A stretch of DNA of 64,000 bases from Candidatus Wildermuthbacteria bacterium (GCA_016181405.1 JACOZJ010000003.1:42749-106748), one strand, 5' to 3'. Shown: positions 49,596 through 56,172, numbered from the stretch's first letter. The notes: a model not told the origin generated them from the sequence alone. Numbers and translations are program-made.

Positions 49596-49972
49596 ATAAT
49601 AATTCCCTTTGCCGAATATATGTAATAGAAACCGTCCAGGTGGGCGCGAGTTAAGAGTTTTACGATATTTTGATATCCCTTTTCGTTTTTAGCTAGAAGA
49701 ATCAAATGGTAAATTGTGTCGTCCACGCCTGGACGCTTGTCTGCCATACTTTCAAACGCCAAATAAATTTCGCATCCCAAAATAGGTTTAATGCCTTTTG
49801 CTTTCGCTTTTTTGTAGAACTCCACCGCGCCATAGAGGTTGCCGTGATCGGTTAGAGCCACCGAGTTCATGGTAAGCTCCTGCACCCTATCCAAAAGCTG
49901 GTCTATTTTCGGCAGACCATCGAGAAGCGAGTAGTGAGAATGGACGTGTAAGTGAGTAAAGCTTTGCCCCAT
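49550..49972 (-). pseudogene. dnaE: dnaE N-terminal PHP-domain fragment in a different frame (frameshift plus internal deletion relative to intact DnaE)
   Basis: MGQSFTHLHVHSHYSLLDG...LLAKNEKGYQNIVKLLTRAHLDGFYY, then out-of-frame junk. It overlaps the main ORF by 46 nt. Confidence 0.7.
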
Positions 49973-50011
49973 AGGTATGTATAATTCTATCTCGTTTGGT
50001 ACAATATCTCA

Positions 50012-50614
50012 ATGCAGAAAATTATCGTTGGCATAGATGAAGCTGGTCGAGGCCCTCTTGCGGGCCCGGTGGTGGCAGCAGCGTTTTGCGTGGTGGGAAA
50101 ACCGAAATTTCGGGCGATAGGGGATTTCGACTCCAAAAAACTCACACCCCAATGGCGGGAAGATTTATATCAAGTTTTTACCTCTCATCCGCAAATAGAA
50201 TGGGGGATAGGGCAAGTTTCAGAAAAACAAATAGACAAGATAAACATTCTCCAGGCAACCCGCCTTGCCATGAAAAAGGCGTTTTACGGGTTGTTTCGAA
50301 AACTGCAAAACAAGGGAGTAACACCAAATCTTCTCATTGTGGATGGAACATCTCTTCTTGATATTCCCATATCCCAAAAAGCGATTCCGAAGGCAGATGC
50401 CACGATATTTCCATGTATGGCGGCTTCCATTATTGCCAAAGTTACCCGCGACCGCCTTATGCTCAAACTTCACGAAAGATATCCTGTCTATGGCTTTGAT
50501 CGTCATAAAGGATATGGAACCAAATTTCATCTACAAGCGCTGGCGCGATTTGGACCCTGTACAATCCATAGAAAAAGCTTTTCACCAATCTCCGATGTCT
50601 TAAAATCCAAATGA
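50012..50614 (+). CDS. rnhB: Ribonuclease HII
   Basis: ...VGIDEAGRGPLAGPVVAAA...DSKKLT... Confidence 0.92.
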   Translation: MQKIIVGIDEAGRGPLAGPVVAAAFCVVGKPKFRAIGDFDSKKLTPQWREDLYQVFTSHPQIEWGIGQVSEKQIDKINILQATRLAMKKAFYGLFRKLQNKGVTPNLLIVDGTSLLDIPISQKAIPKADATIFPCMAASIIAKVTRDRLMLKLHERYPVYGFDRHKGYGTKFHLQALARFGPCTIHRKSFSPISDVLKSK

Positions 50615-50700
50615 CAAAATCCAAATTCCAAAATAAATTACAAATACAAATATATAAATTCAAAACCTGTTTTGGATTTTGAGCTTTGAGTTTTGGATTT
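50602..50700. repeat. Repeat family B, intergenic imperfect inverted pair (aaaatccaaa...aaatccaaa / tttggattttgagctttgagttttggattt) around an AT-rich core
   Basis: Read directly from the sequence. The left arm overlaps the rnhB stop codon. Confidence 0.7.
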
Positions 50701-50743
50701 ACACTCTTGCAGAAAATACTCTTTTCTGCTAGAGTAGGGCATT

Positions 50744-51037
50744 ATGGCGGTTCCAAAACAACATCGGTCAAAATCGAGGCAAGGGCAGCGAAGAATGCAT
50801 TTGTTCATCAAGAACCTTAAACTGGTCGCCTGCAAAAAGTGCGGAAAACCAGTTTTGCCGCATACGCTTTGCGAAAACTGCGGAACCTACCGGAGCAAAA
50901 CATTCCTCGACGTCCTTGCGAAACTCACCAAAAAAGAACGGAAGCAGAAACAAAAAGAATTGGCGGCGCAGGAGGAGCATCCGCCAGCTGGCGGACAGTC
51001 GAAGGATTTAAGCGCAGAAGAGTTATCTAAGCGGTAA
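50744..51037 (+). CDS. rpmF: 50S ribosomal protein L32 with a Lys/Glu-rich C-terminal extension
   Basis: MAVPKQHRSKSRQGQRRMH...CKKCGKPVLPHTLCENCG... Confidence 0.9.
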   Translation: MAVPKQHRSKSRQGQRRMHLFIKNLKLVACKKCGKPVLPHTLCENCGTYRSKTFLDVLAKLTKKERKQKQKELAAQEEHPPAGGQSKDLSAEELSKR

Positions 51038-51040
51038 ACC

Positions 51041-51517
51041 ATGGCTAGCCGGCACCTTGCGCGTTCCATAGCAATGCAGTCCTTGTACGAATGGGACTTT
51101 TACGGCAAGCAAAAGGAATTGGCAGAAACGGTAGAACGCAATATCAAAGAGTTTGGTCCGGGACTGGAAGAAGGAAATAAGGACTTCGTGCGGCGGCTCG
51201 CCTTAGGCGTACGTGAAAATCTGCAGTCGCTCAACGCCATTATTGAAAAGGCGGCGCCCGAATGGCCGCTGGATCAAATAACTCTTGTAGACCGTAACGT
51301 ATTGCGCCTTGGCCTTTATGAACTTATCTACGGCAACAAAGAAGAAGTGCCGCCCAAGGTGGCAATTAACGAAGCAATCGAACTCGCGAAAAACTTTAGC
51401 GGCGAGTCCGCGGGCAAATTCGTCAACGGAGTGCTAGGCACCGTATTTCGCGAATTAGAAGCAACGCAATCCACCGAAAGCCCAAGGGGCATTCAGGCGG
51501 ACCCGCCTCAATCCTGA
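51041..51517 (+). CDS. nusB: Transcription antitermination factor NusB
   Basis: ...[17 protein letters not shown]...[12 protein letters not shown]...[10 protein letters not shown]... Confidence 0.88.
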   Translation: MASRHLARSIAMQSLYEWDFYGKQKELAETVERNIKEFGPGLEEGNKDFVRRLALGVRENLQSLNAIIEKAAPEWPLDQITLVDRNVLRLGLYELIYGNKEEVPPKVAINEAIELAKNFSGESAGKFVNGVLGTVFRELEATQSTESPRGIQADPPQS

Positions 51518-51543
51518 GGTTTGGGCGGGCAACAACCACAATT

Positions 51544-52233
51544 ATGAGTTTATCATCACTCGAAAAGGCACTCGACATTTCATTCAAAAATAAAGACTTA
51601 CTCCAGCAAGCATTCGTTCACCGTTCGTATCTCAACGAAAATCGAGACTTCCATCTTCAACACAATGAAAGGCTCGAGTTTCTGGGAGATGCGGTGCTCG
51701 AACTGGTTGTTACCGAATATCTCTACTCAAAGTACCCCGATAAGCCGGAAGGTGAACTTACTGCCTGGCGCGCCGCGCTGGTAAACACCAAAATGCTTTC
51801 TTCCATTGGCAGGGAACTGAACTTTAGCGATTACTTACTGCTCTCGCACGGAGAGTCAAAAGAAGAAGGCAAGGCAAGAGACTATATTCTGGCAAACACG
51901 GTAGAAGCATTCATTGGTGCCTTATTCCTTGACCAGGGCTTGAAAAACTCCGGAAAGTTTATTACAACATATATACTGTCCAAACTTAAAGAAGTGCTGG
52001 AGGACGAACTATTTTTAGACTCAAAATCCCACTTCCAAGAATTAGCGCAGGAAAAAGCGGCCATTACCCCCACGTACATCGTATTAAAGGAATGGGGGCC
52101 TGACCACGCGAAGCATTTTTACATCGGCGTATATCTGGATAAAGAACTGGTGGCACACGGAGAGGGCTCTTCCAAGCAGGAAGCAGAACAAAACGCAGCC
52201 AAAAATGCCCTCGCGGAGAAAAACTGGAAATAG
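51544..52233 (+). CDS. rnc: Ribonuclease III
   Basis: ...NERLEFLGDAVLELVVTEYLY... plus a C-terminal dsRBD (KSHFQELAQ...). Confidence 0.93.
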   Translation: MSLSSLEKALDISFKNKDLLQQAFVHRSYLNENRDFHLQHNERLEFLGDAVLELVVTEYLYSKYPDKPEGELTAWRAALVNTKMLSSIGRELNFSDYLLLSHGESKEEGKARDYILANTVEAFIGALFLDQGLKNSGKFITTYILSKLKEVLEDELFLDSKSHFQELAQEKAAITPTYIVLKEWGPDHAKHFYIGVYLDKELVAHGEGSSKQEAEQNAAKNALAEKNWK

Positions 52234-52241
52234 TAAATATT

Positions 52242-52706
52242 ATGTTAACAATTCGTTTATTTCGCGTAGGAAGGAAAAATCAGCCGGCGTTTAAGATTGT
52301 CGTCTGCAATAAGCAAAACGCCGCTTCAAGGGGACGCTTCGTGGAGGAAGTGGGTTTTTACGATCCCTTAACTAAACAGCGCAACCTAAAAGGGGATAGG
52401 GTAAAATACTGGTTATCCGTAGGCGCAAAAGCTTCTCCCACGGTTCACAATATGCTTGTGACAGATAAAGTGGTGGAAGGCTCCAAAATCGCCAAACACA
52501 AACTCTCCAAGAAGCCTGCCTCGCCAGCAGGGGAGTCTGTAGCGTCTGAAACAAACCAAAGCGGGAAGTCAGCCGATACGGCCCCGGAAGCACCAAAAGC
52601 CCAGGAATCAGCTCCACAAAGCGCTCCTGCTCAAGAAACCACCCCTGAAGCGCCAAAACCCGCTGAAGAGCCTAAGCCTGCCGAAACGCAGGAAAAACAG
52701 CCTTAA
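52242..52706 (+). CDS. rpsP: 30S ribosomal protein S16 with a Pro/Ala/Glu-rich C-terminal extension
   Basis: MLTIRLFRVGRKNQPAFKIVVCNKQNAASRGRFVEEVGFYDP... Confidence 0.93.
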   Translation: MLTIRLFRVGRKNQPAFKIVVCNKQNAASRGRFVEEVGFYDPLTKQRNLKGDRVKYWLSVGAKASPTVHNMLVTDKVVEGSKIAKHKLSKKPASPAGESVASETNQSGKSADTAPEAPKAQESAPQSAPAQETTPEAPKPAEEPKPAETQEKQP

Positions 52707-52770
52707 AGCTCAAACTCCTCAATTCTTGTCCCGCCGTAGCTTTAAGCCAAGGCGGATAGCCTTATACACT

Positions 52771-52795
52771 CCCACCAACCCTTTGGTGGGTTCTT
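52771..52795 (+). terminator. rpsP terminator cccacca-accctt-tggtggg plus TTCTT
   Basis: 7-bp GC stem followed by a short T-run. Confidence 0.5.
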
Positions 52796-52822
52796 GACAT
52801 TTTTGGGGAAGTATGCTATACT
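52794..52822 (+). promoter_or_regulatory. Consensus promoter TTGACA-N17-TATACT
   Basis: Perfect -35 element, 5 of 6 in the -10 element, 17-nt spacer. Confidence 0.65.
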
Positions 52823-53164
52823 GTGGCTAACAATAAAATACTGGTTTTGCGGGTGGAAGGAGAGAGCCACCGGCAAATAATAAAGACACAGACGATTGCA
52901 CATATCACAATTACCCAATCAGCTCTCCCCAAAAGGAGAGTTGGTTGTTTAGAGAATGTCCTGCCTCTGCGAATATAAAGATACTCCCGGAGGTAGCACA
53001 TTCAAAACATCACAGCACCTTAACCATCAAGCAAGGGGGAAGAGGAACAGAAAATTCTTCCCCCATACCCTTCAGCCCACCACGAGTATCGAATGGCGAA
53101 TTGAAGGGTAACGATAGCACCCAAAAATTTCCTTCCTGTAAAGGGAAGGGGAAAGGAGAGAGCC

Positions 53165-53275
53165 ATGGTGCACCGACCTCCACGCCCGGAGACGGTGATG
53201 ACGCTTCCGCTGCCGCGTTGCGGCTGCGGGGCACGCATCGCCCCGGGTGGCTACTGTACTGGAAAGTGCAAGTAG
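53165..53275 (+). CDS. Cys-rich micro-protein (36 aa: MVHRPPRPETVMTLPLPRCGCGARIAPGGYCTGKCK)
   Basis: Translated by hand. GGAAAGGAGAGAG SD 3 nt upstream. CxC...CxxxC pattern. Confidence 0.45.
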   Translation: MVHRPPRPETVMTLPLPRCGCGARIAPGGYCTGKCK

Positions 53276-53283
53276 CCCTCAAC

Positions 53284-53388
53284 GGAGTCGGAGGAAAAGC
53301 ACTCATTGATTGCACTCATAGCATACTCTCCGACTCCTTAAGTTTAAGACCGTTGCGAAAAGCGCAGATCATAGATTTAAGGAGTCGG
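53284..53388 (+). promoter_or_regulatory. Three-segment alternative-hairpin element (1:2 versus 2:3)
   Basis: ggagtcggag (53284-93) pairs with ctccgactcc (53328-37). ccgactccttaa (53330-41) pairs with ttaaggagtcgg (53377-88). The two pairings are mutually exclusive. Confidence 0.5.
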
Positions 53389-53420
53389 ATAGATTGCGCA
53401 CCTTATGAAAGGAGGACGCC

Positions 53421-53606
53421 ATGGAAAGGCTCAATCAATCCCAAATCCGGGCCGCCCATTGGAAGATTGGAGTGAGGGGACCCGTAAACGGGTTACTCAC
53501 TCCAAGGAAACTCGCCCGGGTTTACGGAGTTAGTCCGAGCGAGACAAGAATCATCGTGTTGTCGGTATTCGTGTACCGCGCGCGGGAATGGCTTTGCCCC
53601 CGATGA
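53421..53606 (+). CDS. Small putative helix-turn-helix protein (61 aa)
   Basis: AAAGGAGG SD; ...LTPRKLARVYGVSPSETRIIV... looks like an HTH. Confidence 0.5.
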   Translation: MERLNQSQIRAAHWKIGVRGPVNGLLTPRKLARVYGVSPSETRIIVLSVFVYRAREWLCPR

Positions 53607-53872
53607 GAGCGTGCACAATCCCAGCAACCAAGCCCTGGCCCTGCGAGATCTACCAAGATTTCGCAGGGCACCCCAACTGAATCCCGAATTCATTTCGAGA
53701 TTCAACAGGGGTTAGTACATAAAAATCCATTCGTCTTCAGCGATTTGGCCAAGGCACTTGACTGAATCGTTGGAGACGAGAAGTATGGTGAGATGCGATT
53801 CGTCGAAGACCTCTTCTTGAGTGTCGAAGAACGACAAAGAAAACTCACGAAGAGTGCCAAGAAAGGCAGAAA

Positions 53873-54307
53873 ATGTCTATGTCTATACCGACGATGCTGG
53901 CGGGGCTGGCGGGGCTGGTGGTAGCGGGGATGCTGGTGGGGATGCTGATCTCCATCATCGTATGGACGGATCGGCGCCCGTCGTTCAAGACCGTGTTTGG
54001 TTTCAAGCCTCAGAACCGCAAGAGGCCTTGGTCGTCAGCGCTTCGTGCAGCGGAACAGAAAAAGGTGGCTACTGTGCTGAGTCGGTTAGCACAGACCTTT
54101 GCCACGTGCGACAAGACCGAGAGGGAGATGAAGATTGAACTCCCTGCGGATGGGGAGTTCGAGAAATGGCATACGGAACAGCGTAAACGCCTCGCGGATT
54201 TGAGGCGGGAGCTGAAAACCGCGAAGGAAGGTTTCTGGCGGGCCTATGCGCTCGCCGAGAAACAGGAATTCAGTGTACAGCGGAAGTACACTGACTACCT
54301 CCCCTAG
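53873..54307 (+). CDS. Hypothetical membrane-anchored protein (N-terminal TM helix, charged coiled C-terminus)
   Basis: MSMSIPTMLAGLAGLVVAGMLVGMLISIIVW... Preferred over the overlapping 53821-54138 frame. Confidence 0.55.
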   Translation: MSMSIPTMLAGLAGLVVAGMLVGMLISIIVWTDRRPSFKTVFGFKPQNRKRPWSSALRAAEQKKVATVLSRLAQTFATCDKTEREMKIELPADGEFEKWHTEQRKRLADLRRELKTAKEGFWRAYALAEKQEFSVQRKYTDYLP

Positions 54308-54345
54308 CGCGACCACTAAGTAGAAGGATGCGTCTCACCACGCAT

Positions 54346-54578
54346 TCTGGGCGGGAGAACAAAGGTTCAATCCCTTTCTCTCCCGCCCCCATACTTGAGC
54401 TCATGAATAAGTTCGTGGGCTGAAGAGTGGATAGCACTTTCAAAACTACAGCCGCTTCATAGCGGCGAAATGCCCTTCCGTAGCTTTATGCGAAGGAGGA
54501 CAGCTCGCTGCTATGGAAAGCGGCCTTCCGTAAACCCTCACCCTCAGCAAAAGGAGAGGTAGGAAGAGGAGAACAAGA
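54346..54578 (+). promoter_or_regulatory. Structured intergenic RNA module, copy 2
   Basis: Stem-loop 54346-54389 with a TTCAATC loop followed by CCA. GATAGCACTTTCAAAAC box. CATAGCGGCGA (54458-68) pairs with TCGCTGCTATG (54505-15). Confidence 0.6.
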
Positions 54579-54962
54579 ATGACCATGAAATCTTTCGCGG
54601 CATTGGACTGGACGTTTTCAGGCCCGGCGCGCCGGGTTACTCTCGAGTTCCCGTGCGAGACCCCTGAGGAGGCGCGGGTCCTCCTGCGGGCGGAGCATGA
54701 GGCCCGCAAGGACAAGGCATTGGAGGAAATCAAGGCCCATCCCCGCATGAAGCAGATTGGATGGGCAGGGGATCACGTCACTCCGGTAATGGGGCCCGTG
54801 CCCCCTTGGGAGGATTCCCGGTACCCAGGGTCCCTCTGCGTCGGCATCCCCAACGTGGATGCCGAGGTCGGGGTCCAAGTCGGATCCGGGATGGGAGAGA
54901 CGGACCGGATATACCGCATTGAGGCGGTGCCGGGGGGCGGCACGCGCGCCGTGCGTGTCTGA
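54579..54962 (+). CDS. Hypothetical protein (127 aa)
   Basis: GGAAGAGGAG SD; no recognisable motif. Confidence 0.55.
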   Translation: MTMKSFAALDWTFSGPARRVTLEFPCETPEEARVLLRAEHEARKDKALEEIKAHPRMKQIGWAGDHVTPVMGPVPPWEDSRYPGSLCVGIPNVDAEVGVQVGSGMGETDRIYRIEAVPGGGTRAVRV

Positions 54963-55090
54963 CGCAAGAGAAGACCAGGCTGGGGGTGAAGCCGGCCAAA
55001 AAGAATAGTTTCCCAGTATCATGAAACTGGGGGCGCTGACCACGGCGCCATACAGCAGTGGGAGGTCGTTCTGCCCGAGGCGGAAGGACC

Positions 55091-55366
55091 TAAGGCGAGA
55101 GAGGAAGGTTAATCCCTTTCTCTCCCGCCCCATACTTGAGCTCATGAATAAATTCGTGGGCTGAAGAGTGGATAGCACTTTCAAAACCACAGCTGCTTCA
55201 TAGCGGCGAAATGAACATTTCCGTCTCATCGACGGATATGCCGACGAGGCATAAACCAGAAACGCTCAAGATGCATGAAAGAAATGATTTGGAGTGGAAA
55301 ACAGAGTTAGTGTTCAGCTCGCTGCTATAAAGTGGCAAATCTTGAGCCTGAGAGCAGGAGGAGAAC
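55091..55366 (+). promoter_or_regulatory. Structured intergenic RNA module, copy 3
   Basis: The first ~120 nt are about 95% identical to copy 2. ATAGCGGCGA (55200-09) pairs with TCGCTGCTAT (55319-28). The insert shares blocks with copy 1. Confidence 0.6.
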
Positions 55367-55561
55367 ATGAAAAAAAACGCCTTGTCGACGATCTTCCTAG
55401 TCGGTTTTTCCCTCGTGGGCGCTTTCGGGGGCGCCCTCGGAGGGGTCAGTGTCAGCGCTCTCATTGGTATTAACCCAAACACTGCCGCCCTATGGGGCGG
55501 TATCGTCGGTGCCATCGCTATGACGGCGGTGGCGGTCCTCAGCATCAATAGGTGGAAATAA
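55367..55561 (+). CDS. Glycine-zipper small hydrophobic protein (64 aa)
   Basis: GGAGGAG SD; ...LVGAFGGALGGVSVSALIG...LWGGIVGAIAMTAVAVL... Confidence 0.65.
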   Translation: MKKNALSTIFLVGFSLVGAFGGALGGVSVSALIGINPNTAALWGGIVGAIAMTAVAVLSINRWK

Positions 55562-55591
55562 AACGCAAGGAGATAACCTTTCGTGCAATAA

Positions 55592-55640
55592 GGTAGGGAG
55601 GCGAACGGTTCTATTCCGCTTCCTCCCTACCACTTTCTTG
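55592..55640 (+). terminator. Stem-loop ggtagggagg..cgg-ttctatt-ccg..cctccctacc, same architecture as the module stem-loops
   Basis: 10-bp stem, internal loop, 3 bp and a 7-nt loop, followed by ACTTTCTT. Confidence 0.5.
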
Positions 55641-55731
55641 CGTACAGCTGTGATCTACTCTCTCCTCCGCCTCACCGGCGGATCCATCATAGCTGTACAC
55701 AAGAGAGAAATACTTTTCCACTTCTCAAATA

Positions 55732-55759
55732 TTGACAGGATGGCACGCAGTGCTAGACT
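55732..55759 (+). promoter_or_regulatory. Promoter TTGACA-N16-TAGACT (TG immediately upstream of the -10 region)
   Basis: Read directly from the sequence. The track ORF 55732-55935 begins at the TTG of this -35 box. Confidence 0.55.
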
Positions 55760-55944
55760 ATCCTAATTTCACAGCATGCACCCTCGAACGTGATGCGGAA
55801 ATGGGGGATGGATTGGCAAGGAGTATTGATTCTTTGGCAATCCCGTCCCTGTTTCGTACCACAATTCAGCGGCAGGGAGGAGAGGAGGTACAACTTGAAA
55901 GTCTAAAATACAAATCAACGCGTTCTTTTTCATAAACGAGGAGG

Positions 55945-56097
55945 ATGACGATGCAATCGAATAGAGGGAGAATCCGGGGATGCCTGGGTCAGACCTATGC
56001 CTCTCCGATTCAGCCGAAGCGCTTTCGGCCGCAGCGCCCCCGCGCGTCGCATCGCCGGAAGCCCATCGTCAAGATCATCCTGATCTCCAACACGTAA
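55945..56097 (+). CDS. Highly basic 50-aa protein (MTMQSNRGRIRGCLGQTYASPIQPKRFRPQRPRASHRRKPIVKIILISNT)
   Basis: Translated by hand. GAGGAGG SD. An 11-bp stem hairpin follows at 56121-56157. Confidence 0.45.
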   Translation: MTMQSNRGRIRGCLGQTYASPIQPKRFRPQRPRASHRRKPIVKIILISNT

Positions 56098-56172
56098 CCT
56101 CGTTGGCGCCCGATAACCCCAACAACCCCTCGGATTGTGGTACATCCGAGGGGTTCATCATTTGTGTGGGGG

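Noticed and set aside
52945-53475. 176-aa + strand ORF (TTG start after an AAGGAG-like string) covering the leader, the micro-ORF and the alternative hairpins
   Set aside because: The product is low-complexity (G/S/P/R/K-rich). It reads through several perfect hairpins and through boxes that recur in clearly non-coding spacers (54346-54450, 55091-55190). It also overlaps the SD-supported 53421 ORF. I kept it as a formal alternative only.
53821-54138. 105-aa GTG-started ORF overlapping 53873-54307 in another frame
   Set aside because: Its Gly/Ala/Asp-rich repetitive translation (GGAGGAGGSGDAGGDAD) is the off-frame reading of the TM helix codons of the 144-aa ORF, which gives a sensible membrane anchor.
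54427-54446. Reading GTGGATAGCACTTTCAAAAC as a sigma54 (-24 GG / -12 GC) promoter
   Set aside because: The spacing between GG and a GC dinucleotide does not fit TGGCAC-N5-TTGC. No sigma54 or enhancer-binding protein gene is seen in the window.
54618-55229. 203-aa minus-strand ORF, and similar long antisense ORFs at 60837-61622, 61721-62458, 62522-63088, 14209-14820 and 2376-2939
   Set aside because: All lie antisense to genes with clear homology or strong SD/promoter/terminator support. Their translations are Arg/Ser/Pro-rich with no motifs.
54346-55640. Integron-like gene cassettes, or prophage/ICE att sites at tRNA-like hairpins
   Set aside because: No integrase or recombinase gene is present. 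The hairpins lack the attC R''/R' core (RYYYAAC...GTTRRRY). The repeat extends about 85 nt beyond the tRNA-like part. The cassette-like look is better explained by a duplicated regulatory module.
55732-55935. 67-aa track ORF starting with TTG at 55732
   Set aside because: The TTG is the first base triplet of a TTGACA -35 box. There is no SD, and the region fits better as promoter plus 5' leader of the SD-supported 50-aa ORF.
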